Both the position numbers and the translations under genes were made by a program. A DNA stretch of 64,000 nt from Planctomycetales bacterium (GTDB lineage Bacteria; 4484-113). The DNA is taken from assembly GCA_037441675.1 (NCBI GenBank), contig JBBIRS010000004.1:94617-158616 (forward strand), in the 5' to 3' direction. Below, piece after piece: positions 28,508 to 39,099 of this stretch (its first letter is position 1; every line of letters begins with the position of its first letter). The notes under the pieces are model-generated. The model was given only the letters and a program-made list of their open reading frames with translations, had not been told where the DNA came from and searched no databases.

Positions 28508-31153
28508 TTGAGAACAAGGATTTTCATTTCAGTCTTAGTTTTTCTAGCAATCTTGCTTATTCAGCAGGTTTACCGGTCATACAGGTTCGTTGAAGAAAAT
28601 CTTGTGGCACATATCGGCAACCTGCAGAAAACTGTAAGCGATATATCTGCGCGCAACTTTGAGAGTTATTTATTACGTCTCCTAAGTGAACTTGCTAGCA
28701 TCGCTTCAGATTCAGACGTAATTCGCTTAAACGAAAGGGGGAAGTCAAAGCTCAGCGCTTTTCAAAAAGTTAAGAAGGTTTTCGTGAAATCTCTATGGAT
28801 GCTAGATGGGAAGTTCAACCTAATTTTTTTCTTTCCCATTTCCGCTGAAAGTGAACGTTTGTTCATAGAGTATAAGAAAGAGCAAGCGCCCAAACCAATA
28901 CTTTCCCCTGTTATCAGCGAACCATTAGCAGATGTTAAGGGAGAAAAGTCAATTCCAATAACCTTTCCAGTGATGGAGGACGGGAAATTTAAGGGCTCCA
29001 TCGTAGTAATTCTTCGCGAGGAAAGTTTATCAAACTCATTCCTAACTCCTCTTCTTAATTATTCTACGCAAGGCTTTACAGGTCTTGCGGACAAGGATGG
29101 AAAGATTCTCTGGTCAATTTCTGCAATTAATTATCAAAAAGTGCAGGAAGGCTACTGGTCAGAGCAAGAGCGAGAGAATCTCAGGTTGCAGATTGCATCT
29201 ACAAATGGAAACAAAGCTATCTACTACTCTGGGAGTCTACCCGAGGCTACTGGAAAATGGATTATTGGAATTGCGCCAATCAATTTAGGAACTGATAAGA
29301 CATGGTATCTCATTTCTGCGGTTCCATCTACTACCTTAGAATCATCCTTGGCAACCTACCGTATCATCTCCTTAGGAATGGCAACAGTCGTAGCGCTCAT
29401 TTTTGTTTCATTACTTTGGGCATTACTTCGGGCGCAAAAAGAATCCTATATTATTAAAGAAAGAGCAAAGCTTGCTGATGAGTTTGAGCTAACACTCAAA
29501 GAGAGAACTGCGGAGCTTGCATCCGCTAAGGAAAGCCTCTCAATTTATGCAAAGAATTTGGAAGCCCAAATTGAAGAGAGAACGAAGAAACTCAAACAAA
29601 GCGAAGAAATGTACCGACAACTAGTAGAGAACGTAGGAACAGCAATTTTCATCCTACGTGGCTCTAAGATAGCTTACGTAAATCCAGCTTTCCTGGCAAG
29701 CTGGAAAGAGAAGACACAGCCATCCCACTGGGTTGGCGAAGAATTAATTTACTTCGTTTCCAAGAGCAGAAGACCTAACATCTTAAATGCGCTTTCACGC
29801 CTTAACGAAGGAGAAGAATTTATTACCATTGGCGAGCTTGAAATTGAAGAGAATGAAAGTAACAAGCGTATTTGGGAGGGAACACTAAAGAGGGTCCAGC
29901 TTTTGGAGAGATGCCTCATTATTGGTTTCTTTAACGATATAACGCAAAGAAAGACGCTGGAGCGGCAGGTTCTCCAGGCTCAAAAGTTGGAGAGCATGGG
30001 CAGGCTTGCCGGTGGCATCGCCCACGATTTCAACAACATTCTCGCAGCTATCTTCGGGCACCTTACACTTTTAAGGGAGGAAGCTCAGGACAAGCTCACT
30101 AGCGAAGCACTTAATCTTATCTCAACGGTGGAAAACGCTGCGAAAAGAGCGGCAGATTTAACTAAAAAACTACTCGTGTTCACTCGCAGGTCAGAGGAAG
30201 TTCATCACCCCGTGGACATCAACAAATCATTGAACGATGTTTCAGAGCTGGTTAGGACATCGTTAACTAGAGGCATTACCTTCACCGTGAAAAAAACCGA
30301 AGAGAAGCTTGTTGCGTTAGCAGATCCGATTGAGGTCCAGCAGGTGCTAATGAATTTGTGCATTAACGCCATTGAAGCTATGCCCGATGGAGGAAGACTC
30401 TCCATTACTGCGGGTTTAGTTAGCCGTGAGGAAGACCCATCTCTTCCACAAGATGGTGATAGCGTATCTAAATTTGTCAGAATAAGAGTGATAGACACCG
30501 GACACGGAATAGACCCAAGTATTCTCCCCCACATTTTTGAACCATTCTTCACCACCAAAGAAGTTGGGAAAGGCAGTGGGTTAGGATTGTCAATAGCTTA
30601 CCATATTGCACGAAAGCACAACGGTTACTTATGCGTTGACTCTGACTGGGGTAGAGGAAGCGTCTTCACCCTTTACTTACCTGCTGCATTAAAAGGAGAA
30701 GAACTTGCCGGCAAAAGAGAAGAGTATCGGTTTCCAAACTTCAGTGGCTCACCACCAGTACTCATGGCGGATGATGAAGAGATGATTACAGCTGCGGCGC
30801 AGAAATTCTTTTCAAACTACGGCTTAACTATTTTAACCGCTAGAGACGGAGTTGAGGCGATTGACCTATTTAAGAAGCATCAATTTGAAGTTCCTCTGGT
30901 TATTTTAGATATGCGAATGCCTAGAATGAGCGGTCCGGAAGTTTTCAGACTTATTCACAAAATTAATCCAAATGTAACTGGTATTTTAATAACCGGCTTT
31001 AGCGAAGAAGTTGACAGTGGTTTTCTAGATAATTTAGGTTTTAAGGAGATCATTCGCAAACCATACACCTTTGAGGAGCTTTCAAAAACTCTGGCGAAGT
31101 ACCTTCTACCGTTAAGAAAAAATGCGCCTGAAGCCGCTTCAAGCCTAGGTTAG
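28508..31153 (+). CDS. membrane hybrid sensor histidine kinase (Cache-like, PAS, HisKA, HATPase, REC)
   Basis: Two TM segments; QAQKLESMGRLAGGIAHDFNN; QVLMNLCINA; DTGHGI; FEPFFTTK...GSGLGL; REC with DDE, ILDMRMP and KP. Confidence 0.93.
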   Translation: MRTRIFISVLVFLAILLIQQVYRSYRFVEENLVAHIGNLQKTVSDISARNFESYLLRLLSELASIASDSDVIRLNERGKSKLSAFQKVKKVFVKSLWMLDGKFNLIFFFPISAESERLFIEYKKEQAPKPILSPVISEPLADVKGEKSIPITFPVMEDGKFKGSIVVILREESLSNSFLTPLLNYSTQGFTGLADKDGKILWSISAINYQKVQEGYWSEQERENLRLQIASTNGNKAIYYSGSLPEATGKWIIGIAPINLGTDKTWYLISAVPSTTLESSLATYRIISLGMATVVALIFVSLLWALLRAQKESYIIKERAKLADEFELTLKERTAELASAKESLSIYAKNLEAQIEERTKKLKQSEEMYRQLVENVGTAIFILRGSKIAYVNPAFLASWKEKTQPSHWVGEELIYFVSKSRRPNILNALSRLNEGEEFITIGELEIEENESNKRIWEGTLKRVQLLERCLIIGFFNDITQRKTLERQVLQAQKLESMGRLAGGIAHDFNNILAAIFGHLTLLREEAQDKLTSEALNLISTVENAAKRAADLTKKLLVFTRRSEEVHHPVDINKSLNDVSELVRTSLTRGITFTVKKTEEKLVALADPIEVQQVLMNLCINAIEAMPDGGRLSITAGLVSREEDPSLPQDGDSVSKFVRIRVIDTGHGIDPSILPHIFEPFFTTKEVGKGSGLGLSIAYHIARKHNGYLCVDSDWGRGSVFTLYLPAALKGEELAGKREEYRFPNFSGSPPVLMADDEEMITAAAQKFFSNYGLTILTARDGVEAIDLFKKHQFEVPLVILDMRMPRMSGPEVFRLIHKINPNVTGILITGFSEEVDSGFLDNLGFKEIIRKPYTFEELSKTLAKYLLPLRKNAPEAASSLG

Positions 31154-31292
31154 AATTGAACTTTTACTGCTTCCCCACACTTAATATCAAATCGTGAGGG
31201 AATGTACGATTTTTTATAAATTTTGAAGCCCTGAGATTGTGATTGATTTTATACTCTTAGCAATTTAACTCTTAGGGTGCTTCAAAGCGGTC

Positions 31293-33338
31293 TCATCCAG
31301 CGCTTTTTTTCAAGACAGTTTCAGTTAACTTCCGCTCTGGATATTTCACCCTAGAATGATGCAAATTCACCAACACGGAAGTGAAAGTTTCCACAATCTT
31401 TCCAATGTCCGCAACACTTAATCCAGAATCGTTCAGTAAACCGGCTGAAATCTTTTGATCAATCACACTTCTGACCAAAGAACTAATTTCCTCTGGAGAA
31501 AATTTCTCCTTAGACCGGGCAATAGCTTCGCAGGTATCAGCAATCATCACAATTGCTGTCTCCTTACTGCAGGGATTGGGACCTGGATAACGATAATCGT
31601 CTATTGAAATATCCTCATCTATCCCTTGCTCCTTTCTTCTAATAGCTTCTTCGTAAAAATACTTCACCACATCTCGACCATGATGCTCAGGAATAAATGC
31701 GATTACTTCCGCAGGTAGCCTATACTTCTTGCCTAGCTCAATTCCCTCAGTTACATGATGAACCACAATTTGACAGGAACTTTCCGGGGGAAGACTTTGG
31801 TGCGGATTCAACGATGAGTCGCTTATATTTTCTGCAAAAAAGCCCGGACGTTTCAACTTTCCAATATCGTGATACATCGCTCCTACTTTTGCCAAAAGTG
31901 CGTTAGCGCCGATAAGCCCACAACATTCCTCAGCCATACTTGCCATTATTAGTGAGTGAAAGTAAGTTCCTGGTGCTTCATTAAGCAAGCGTTTCATTAA
32001 AGGATGATCTTGGTTTAAGAGAGAAGAAAGCTTTCCCGGGGTTGCTTGAGTAGAAACAAGCTCAAGTACAGGAGTAGAACCAAGGGCAAGTACAGCTGAA
32101 CCAAATCCCGCTAGGAAAGCGTATAGCACCACAAACGATGAATAGGTTTGAACAGAGACTAGTATCACTATTAACGCCATAATAAGATTAAAGACACCTA
32201 GGTTAAGTCCGAAGTATGCTAGGCTTTTGGCATCACTTTTCCTACGCAGAAAAACAACTGGATAGATTGAGGATAGTAATAAATATGCAGAAAGATGTGA
32301 ACCCAGACCAAGAGCAAGAGCCACAATAATTGAAATACCCACACCTAAGTAAAGACCAAGGATTGCGTCATAAATTGTAACTATCATAATTACGTAAGCA
32401 GAAATGCCAAGAGGAAGCGCATAGTATATGTAAGGAAATGGCAACCTGCCAATCACTAGTGAAAGGGCGAGAGCACAAACCAGGATAATGCTCATCTGAA
32501 GCCAAACCCAGGGCATTTTTAACAAATGCTGCTTATATAAAGTTGAATGGACCTGCCATATGACAAACATTACTATTAGTAAAACGAAGAGGCCCCAAAA
32601 TGATAGTACCTTCTGACGCTTGAACCCCTCCTTCACCGCTTCAATCTTATCCAACACCAGGCGCGTTACCACTCCAGATTCCCCCAAGATGATTTCTCCT
32701 TTTTTTATCGGATGGGAAACCAAGCGCATTATGTGTTCTTTAACCGCGCCCGGCTCTGTGCTCTCCTTGATATTCACCTTCAAGAAAGAATGTGCTACTA
32801 CTTCAGGAAGAGTGGTGGATGGATTATTAATAATACTTCTCTTAAAAGCGGATAGCCTATCCTCGTCAACAATGGTTTTCATAACTGCACTCACAACCTG
32901 AGTTGTATAAGTTTCCACCTCAGAAAGAGTTCTCTCATCAAAAGTTAGTAGGACTGCTACAGCTTCTTTTGGAACACCATATTCAGTAGAAATGCTTGCC
33001 GAGATTTCTTCCGCAGTTGCCTGGCTTATTTGACTAGTCCTAATCCGTAAAAAGAACCTCCTTACGTTTAGTAGAACTTCTTCTTCAACTTTTGGGTCAA
33101 TAATATAAGCTTTACCTTGACGCGTTAGCTTTTCTAAGGCTTCAGAGTCAATGTAAAAGGCGTCCATTGGACTTACAATGTTATATGGAATTATCTGCCC
33201 AACCGAAAGCTTGACAGGAAATATGAAGTAATGAAGCCAAAGTAGTAGGAGTGAGCCAATCAGTAACGGAAGTGCAAAAAGTAGGCGTAAGGTGATATCT
33301 AATGCTTTTTCACGGTTTTCCCAAAACTCTCTTAGCAT
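31293..33338 (-). CDS. 7TM-HD phosphohydrolase (PgpH/YqfF-like cyclic-di-AMP phosphodiesterase)
   Basis: Extracellular domain and ~7 TMs, then EAPGTYFHS, YHDIGK, FAEN, HHG, YRYPGP.P, ADTCEA; directly downstream of phoH. Confidence 0.9.
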   Translation of the reverse strand: MLREFWENREKALDITLRLLFALPLLIGSLLLLWLHYFIFPVKLSVGQIIPYNIVSPMDAFYIDSEALEKLTRQGKAYIIDPKVEEEVLLNVRRFFLRIRTSQISQATAEEISASISTEYGVPKEAVAVLLTFDERTLSEVETYTTQVVSAVMKTIVDEDRLSAFKRSIINNPSTTLPEVVAHSFLKVNIKESTEPGAVKEHIMRLVSHPIKKGEIILGESGVVTRLVLDKIEAVKEGFKRQKVLSFWGLFVLLIVMFVIWQVHSTLYKQHLLKMPWVWLQMSIILVCALALSLVIGRLPFPYIYYALPLGISAYVIMIVTIYDAILGLYLGVGISIIVALALGLGSHLSAYLLLSSIYPVVFLRRKSDAKSLAYFGLNLGVFNLIMALIVILVSVQTYSSFVVLYAFLAGFGSAVLALGSTPVLELVSTQATPGKLSSLLNQDHPLMKRLLNEAPGTYFHSLIMASMAEECCGLIGANALLAKVGAMYHDIGKLKRPGFFAENISDSSLNPHQSLPPESSCQIVVHHVTEGIELGKKYRLPAEVIAFIPEHHGRDVVKYFYEEAIRRKEQGIDEDISIDDYRYPGPNPCSKETAIVMIADTCEAIARSKEKFSPEEISSLVRSVIDQKISAGLLNDSGLSVADIGKIVETFTSVLVNLHHSRVKYPERKLTETVLKKSAG

Positions 33339-33365
33339 AGTGGAGAAAATAATAAAAGTTAAAAA

Positions 33366-34421
33366 CTAATCTTCCGATAGCCTTTTACGCGGTGACCTTC
33401 CCTCTTCCGGTGGAGAGTTTGCATCCTCATATTTAATATAGGCGTTGATAATTTTTTGCACTATGGGATTTCTTACAATATCAACTTCTTTAAGCTCAAC
33501 CGTTCTTATGCCCTCATTCAAGGTCTTTAGTATACTTAAAGCTGAAATAAAACCGGATTTTACCCTTGCCTCCAGATCAATTTGGGTAATATCGCCTGTA
33601 ACGACAGATTTGCTTCCCCTACCCATTCTAGTCAAGAACATCTTCATCTGTTGGTAGGTTGTGTTCTGAGCCTCATCAAGAATGACAAACGAATTGTTAA
33701 GACTTCGTCCTCGCATAAAAGCAAGTGGAGCAACCTCAATAACTCCACGCTCAATTAGCTTCCTCGTTGGGTCGAAACCCAATATATCATTTAAGGCATC
33801 AAAAAGAGGAACTAGATATGGATTGACCTTTTCCGCAATTGTTCCAGGTAAGTAGCCTAGACTTTCCCCCGCTTCAACAGCAGGACGTGTCAGCACTATT
33901 CTATTCACCAAGCCCCGCTTAAAGTGTGAAATTGCTGAAGCTACGGAAAGAAATGTTTTCCCCGTCCCAGCTGGACCAAAGCAAAGGGTTAAATCGCACT
34001 CTTCGATTGAACGAAGAAACTCTTCCTGTCCTGGCGTTTTTGGAACAACCTTCGGAAGAAATGGAAGATATTCAGTATAGGATCGCTTTTCAACTGCTAC
34101 TTCTCCTGTGGAAACTTCTAGAACACGTTCCCTAACCTCTTCCTCTGAAATATAACCAACCTTTCGAATCGTGCGATGAATCTCTTCAATAATGGATAGA
34201 GCATTCTCAACCTCACTTGGATTTCCAACCAGGTGAAGGGTCAAACCCCGTGTATAAACTTTAACAGGCAGGTATCGTCTTATTAGACGTAGATTGCTGT
34301 CAAAATCGCCAAGAACTTCCTGCATCTCCGTTCTGTCTCTGAAATGAACGCTCTCAGAGACAATAGAACCTTCTGCCTCAGGAAGGATTTTCTCGGATGC
34401 TTTTTCCGCCTTCTTAGACAA
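33366..34421 (-). CDS. phoH: PhoH-family ATPase
   Basis: GPAGTGKT, LTRPAVEAGE.LGYLPG, APLAFMRGR, ILDEAQN, MFLTR, TGD.TQIDL. Confidence 0.95.
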   Translation of the reverse strand: MSKKAEKASEKILPEAEGSIVSESVHFRDRTEMQEVLGDFDSNLRLIRRYLPVKVYTRGLTLHLVGNPSEVENALSIIEEIHRTIRKVGYISEEEVRERVLEVSTGEVAVEKRSYTEYLPFLPKVVPKTPGQEEFLRSIEECDLTLCFGPAGTGKTFLSVASAISHFKRGLVNRIVLTRPAVEAGESLGYLPGTIAEKVNPYLVPLFDALNDILGFDPTRKLIERGVIEVAPLAFMRGRSLNNSFVILDEAQNTTYQQMKMFLTRMGRGSKSVVTGDITQIDLEARVKSGFISALSILKTLNEGIRTVELKEVDIVRNPIVQKIINAYIKYEDANSPPEEGRSPRKRLSED

Positions 34422-34533
34422 ACCTTAAGCTTTATATTTTACCAAATTTAGGAGACTTGATTGTTGATTTTTCGTTGCAGTGAGGCGTAAATGTAAGCTC
34501 CGAGCCATGCAGACTGGTATAAGCCCGCGCTTG

Positions 34534-35700
34534 TTAGGTAAAATTTGCTAGGATTTTCTTGAATTCTCTAATCACCCTCTTTACTTCAACCTTTGTTAAG
34601 AGATGGTAAATTGGGAGACTAATTTCTCCTCTACCAATCTTTTCAGCCACAGGAAAATCACCTTTCCTATAATCAAGGAGCTTCTGATAATAGCTCATTA
34701 AGTGAATCGGTTTATAATGCACTGAGCACTCTACTCCTCTCCGATAAAGCTCTAGAATTATCCTATCCCTCTTAGAAGCCAAGTTATTATCAGTGAGAAC
34801 TAATGGAAACAGATGATAGGAGCTCTTGGAGTTGCTTAGCTTTCTCTGAAACATCAAGCCATCAATTTTTGAAAATTCCCGCTCGTATTCAAGGGCGATC
34901 TCTTTTCTAATTTCAGCATTCTGCCACGCTCTCTTCAGTTGAACTAGGCCGATTGCCGATTGGACGTCGGTGAAATTGAACTTATATCCCGGCAATACAA
35001 CATCATAGTTTGATGCAGGCGTATTGCGGCTATAACTTTTTGCGATACCATGCAAATGCCAAGCTTTTGCTTGCTCCAAGTGGCTCTTACGCTTCGTGAC
35101 AAGCATACCTCCCTCAATAGTGGTTATGCCCTTGGTAGGGTAAAAGGAAAAACAGGCAAAATCGGAAAATAAACCAGAATGCTTTCCAAAGATTTCTGCT
35201 GGAAAAGCGTGTGCACAATCTTCAATTAGAAAAAGCCCATGCTTCTTCGCAATCTTTACGATTTCAAGCATATTGCAAAAGGAGCTTCCAAAATGGACAC
35301 AAATTATGGCTTTCGTCTTGCTTGAAATCGCAGATTCTATTTTCTCTTCATCTAGACAGAAAGTATCCTCGCGGACGTCAACAAATTTAGCTCTTCCACC
35401 CAACCTTACAACAGCGTTAATCGGTGAGACGAAACTAAGAGGACTTACAATTACTTCGTCACCATAAGAAATCCCAATAACCCTAAGAGCTAGTTCAATG
35501 GCAGAAGTGCATGATGATGTGGCAAGGGCATACTTAGCACCGATAAAGTTAGCGAACTTTTCCTCAAACTCTCTAGTCAGTGCGCCCCTTGTTAGCCAGC
35601 CAGTTGAAAATACCTTCTTTATCTCAGATAATTCCTCTCTTCCAATATCAGGCTGGTGAAAATGTATTAGTCTTTTTTCTTTTTGCACTTGATTTTTCAA
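34534..35700 (-). CDS. DegT/DnrJ/EryC1/StrS PLP-dependent aminotransferase
   Basis: GWLTRG, SSCT.A, IEDCAHA, FSFYPTK.ITT.EGG, GYKFN.TD, SLP. Confidence 0.92.
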   Translation of the reverse strand: MKNQVQKEKRLIHFHQPDIGREELSEIKKVFSTGWLTRGALTREFEEKFANFIGAKYALATSSCTSAIELALRVIGISYGDEVIVSPLSFVSPINAVVRLGGRAKFVDVREDTFCLDEEKIESAISSKTKAIICVHFGSSFCNMLEIVKIAKKHGLFLIEDCAHAFPAEIFGKHSGLFSDFACFSFYPTKGITTIEGGMLVTKRKSHLEQAKAWHLHGIAKSYSRNTPASNYDVVLPGYKFNFTDVQSAIGLVQLKRAWQNAEIRKEIALEYEREFSKIDGLMFQRKLSNSKSSYHLFPLVLTDNNLASKRDRIILELYRRGVECSVHYKPIHLMSYYQKLLDYRKGDFPVAEKIGRGEISLPIYHLLTKVEVKRVIREFKKILANFT

Positions 35701-35782
35701 TACACAACCCGATTCAGCTTAGTTTTTTTCCATAAAGTCCTGTTTTACCATAAGTATTTTAATTCTTAAGCTTCTAACCCTA

Positions 35783-35791
35783 TGTTATAAT
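35783..35791 (+). promoter_or_regulatory. extended -10 promoter element (TGTTATAAT)
   Basis: Perfect TGnTATAAT, followed by an AAGGAG RBS and ATG 35820. Confidence 0.6.
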
Positions 35792-35819
35792 TGGACTAAT
35801 TGTACAAGGAGTAAGTGTA

Positions 35820-37097
35820 ATGAAAAGACACCTTTTATGGCTAAGTGTTATTACTCTTTCCCTTGGAATTGTACTTTCAAATCCCTCTAAGGCTGAAGAT
35901 AAGTCTGAAGATGCCCACTTTGCTGGTTCATCAGTTAAGTTATACTCCAAGGGTTACTCCCATATAGATGTTGGCTATTACATTCAAAAGCTAAAAGATA
36001 TCTTCTTCACTGAGGAATTTAAGAAGAAATATCCAGTTGCAGGTATGATAGAAAAATTTTATAGAGATTTAGGTTACTTTGCGATTAAAGATTACATCTA
36101 CGAAAGTAGGATGAGCAATGTCAAAATCTACTCAAAGGAGACCCTCTTACTATCCAAGGACTATCCTGATTCCATACTTTACATTCTCGTGCAACTTCCT
36201 GATAGGAATTTTAAGATAGGATCATTATTTGCGGAAAGCGACTATGTGTTCCTTCTTGCCATAAACAACTATCAAGAGGTAGGGAAAATACTTTTCAGCA
36301 AGGCGATAGATGCTTTCAAAAGTATGGGTGAAGCTCCACCTGAATTGAACCAAATGATGGGCTTTCTGCAGTTCTTTCAGGTAAGGGAAGAGCTTAAGGA
36401 CGCTCTAGGGAAGGAGCTAGACATCCTTTTATTTGACACCCCAAATATTACGCCCCCCCCAACTTCACCACAGGACGTATTCTTCGCGGTAATTACCTCG
36501 GTGGAAAATTATCAGAAAGCTGAGGAACTTCTAAAGACCGCCAGCGGTGTGCTTGGCTTTTCGATGAATAATCCTTCTTTCGAAAGCTCAGAATGGAGGT
36601 TTTATGAAATTTTACAAAGCAATGTATTCTTGGGTCTCACAGGAGAATGGCTTGTGCTAACCAGCAAGCCAAAGGAATTCGTAAAACTCGTCATAGAAAA
36701 CAGAAGTAAATTTCATCAAGACCTCCCCTGCTCCAATGTTTTTATGCGCATAAATGCGAACCGATTGTTCCGTGAGTTGGGTGAACCTGCCATAGAAATG
36801 CTCCGCCAAAAAATGCCATCTTTAGCCACAAGGGAAATAGCTTACTTCTTTGACATAACTCCAAACACCGAACTTGGAAAGATTGAAATTACCTGCACTC
36901 ACGGACCCGATAGTTTCGTCACTGTAACTGAGATGGATGACGAAGTTGTTAATGGAGCTCTTTATTTAATTACTAACGCTCTCGAGTTCGCCGTTATGAA
37001 GGGAATGGAGATGAAGAAGGAGCATATGCATATGGAAATGGAAGAGGAAGAAGGGAATTATGAAGAAGAGGCGTTTGATTCTCGCGTTCCTTTCTGA
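35820..37097 (+). CDS. hypothetical exported protein
   Basis: Signal peptide, RBS, 425-aa ORF with a Met/His/Glu-rich tail. Confidence 0.75.
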   Translation: MKRHLLWLSVITLSLGIVLSNPSKAEDKSEDAHFAGSSVKLYSKGYSHIDVGYYIQKLKDIFFTEEFKKKYPVAGMIEKFYRDLGYFAIKDYIYESRMSNVKIYSKETLLLSKDYPDSILYILVQLPDRNFKIGSLFAESDYVFLLAINNYQEVGKILFSKAIDAFKSMGEAPPELNQMMGFLQFFQVREELKDALGKELDILLFDTPNITPPPTSPQDVFFAVITSVENYQKAEELLKTASGVLGFSMNNPSFESSEWRFYEILQSNVFLGLTGEWLVLTSKPKEFVKLVIENRSKFHQDLPCSNVFMRINANRLFRELGEPAIEMLRQKMPSLATREIAYFFDITPNTELGKIEITCTHGPDSFVTVTEMDDEVVNGALYLITNALEFAVMKGMEMKKEHMHMEMEEEEGNYEEEAFDSRVPF

Positions 37098-37180
37098 AGA
37101 CTTAAAAGACAAGCTACCTAAGAGAGCGCTAGTATTCTAGCCTGTTCCAATAATTTGTAAAATTTGTAGTAACTATACCT

Positions 37181-38062
37181 ATGAATTCGCGTGCAATTAT
37201 CAAGAAGAGATGGCAATTAACTCTTCTGCTAGTATTTGCCTTAGTTCTTCTACTATGGTTTGCTAGCAAATCCGAGCTAACTTATAAACCAATAAACCTG
37301 CCAGTTGCCATCCTCGTTGCCCTTGTTGGATGGCTCGTATGTTTTTTCGCTTGGCTTAAACTTGAAGATAAGAAGAATTATGCCAGGGAATGCTTTCTTA
37401 TTATTCTCGGGGCATTTCTGCTCTTTGCACTCTTTCCATCCATCTGGCAGTGGACTTCCCACTTGTCCCTTACAAAATGGCTTTTCAATGGAATTCCCGC
37501 TACAAGATTCATCTCTGAAATTCTCTACTACGTTGTTTCAATTCTACTCGCCATTTTGGCAATGCGGATAGGTTATGGGGATGAATGGAAAGTAAAGTAC
37601 TTTATCCGATTTGAAATGCATTTTAGAGACCTTCTAGTAATTATTGGTCTTTTTTCGATAACAGTTTTTGCTCTTCTCCTCTGGTTTGCCTACTTCGCAA
37701 CGGGTAAGGAGGAGTGGAGTGCTTTGGGTTCAACCGCTGGTTGGGCTATCGTATTTGGCATACTATCGTCTCTTCTAAATGCTACCGCTGAAGAATTTTG
37801 GTTCAGAGGCTTTTTCTTGTCGGGCTTTACGCGTTTGGGCTCCCCACCCTTCGCACTAACACTACAGGCACTTTTGTTTGGTTTCATCCACTTAAAGGAC
37901 GGCATACCTCAAGGTGCAACTGGCTTCATTCTAACTGATCTCTGGGGTTTTGCGCTTGGTTATTGGACTATCATAAGAGTTAGCCTTTGGGCGCCACTTA
38001 TTCTTCACTTCTTAACTGATCTTTTTATCTTCTTTTCGGTGAATAAAGATATCTTTCACTAA
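37181..38062 (+). CDS. CPBP-family (CAAX/Abi) intramembrane metalloprotease
   Basis: Multiple TMs, EEFWFRG, FGFIH, SLWAPLILH...D. Confidence 0.9.
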   Translation: MNSRAIIKKRWQLTLLLVFALVLLLWFASKSELTYKPINLPVAILVALVGWLVCFFAWLKLEDKKNYARECFLIILGAFLLFALFPSIWQWTSHLSLTKWLFNGIPATRFISEILYYVVSILLAILAMRIGYGDEWKVKYFIRFEMHFRDLLVIIGLFSITVFALLLWFAYFATGKEEWSALGSTAGWAIVFGILSSLLNATAEEFWFRGFFLSGFTRLGSPPFALTLQALLFGFIHLKDGIPQGATGFILTDLWGFALGYWTIIRVSLWAPLILHFLTDLFIFFSVNKDIFH

Positions 38063-38163
38063 ATTCTTTCTTACTACCATAGAAGATGCAAGAGAAAACC
38101 AAATTGCAATTTTTTTCTCGTAAAAAAGCTTAAGTCTAAATTTGTAATCCGAAGCTTTGTTGC

Positions 38164-39099
38164 TTAACTCTTCCGAGAAACGATGAAAGCGAATGCAGTT
38201 TTATCGTCAAATCGGAAAGAAAAGAGAGTATTCTCCCTAGGCTTTTCAGCCAGAGCCTGCATGAGATGCTCTTGCATTGCGTACTCACGTAAGATAAAAA
38301 CCCAGTATTCCATATGTTCGCAGAACTCAAGATAGGAAAAGAGAGTGCCTAAGAGTGCCTGAATAGATTCAAATCGTGAGCCAAGATAAGTTTCAGGTTG
38401 AAATACGCTTGAGAGCTTGAAATCGGGATTAACCACCAATTCTCTTGTCAACAGGCTTGGTGGAAGTTTGCGATAGCCGGTATGTGGTGGTAAATCTACT
38501 ATGAGAACCCTTGTGGAAATAGACATAATCTCCTCATGGGCAAGGCGAAAATGGGCTTCATTCACCTCGCGATTAGTTCGGAAAAGCCTCTTTACCTCAG
38601 AAGCGTAAAAACTTACAAGCCAGGAAAGCTTTGGAGAGTTTTTCAATCGCTCAGAGCTATCAATTGAACTGTAAAATCGCGCCAAATGCCAAAGAAGCAA
38701 GTTCAAACAAGCTTTATGGTAAACAGTTTCACCCGAGAGTTTAATCTTCTTGCTTTCTTCTATGAAGGACCAAACGGGTTTGGGAAGTTGTAGTGAAGCC
38801 CGAGAGGAAAATTCAACTCGCTCAGGCTCAAAGTCCAAATCCTGGGCTATCTGGATGAGGCGCCGCATATCTATTGCTGAGAGGAGGAAATCATCACCCT
38901 CAATTAGACAAAGGTTCATTTCATAAGCTCCAGGAAAGAAGGAGTTAGCAACAACCCTTGCCCTAATATTCTTTTTAATGAATGATTCAAAATTTCCTGA
39001 AACAGTGTTAAGACAAAAAACCGAAGAGTATTTATCGAGTCTTAGTGCCTCGGTAATAAAATGAGGGTAAAGAGCAAACGCTGGAAGCTTTCTAATCAC
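38164..39099 (-). CDS. hypothetical protein resembling a catalytically degenerate D12-class DNA adenine methyltransferase
   Basis: VFCLNTVSG...RVVANS...LIE (motif I/II-like) and VLIVDLPPH (DPPY-like); 4-nt overlap with the upstream HD-GYP gene. Confidence 0.55.
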   Translation of the reverse strand: MIRKLPAFALYPHFITEALRLDKYSSVFCLNTVSGNFESFIKKNIRARVVANSFFPGAYEMNLCLIEGDDFLLSAIDMRRLIQIAQDLDFEPERVEFSSRASLQLPKPVWSFIEESKKIKLSGETVYHKACLNLLLWHLARFYSSIDSSERLKNSPKLSWLVSFYASEVKRLFRTNREVNEAHFRLAHEEIMSISTRVLIVDLPPHTGYRKLPPSLLTRELVVNPDFKLSSVFQPETYLGSRFESIQALLGTLFSYLEFCEHMEYWVFILREYAMQEHLMQALAEKPRENTLFSFRFDDKTAFAFIVSRKS

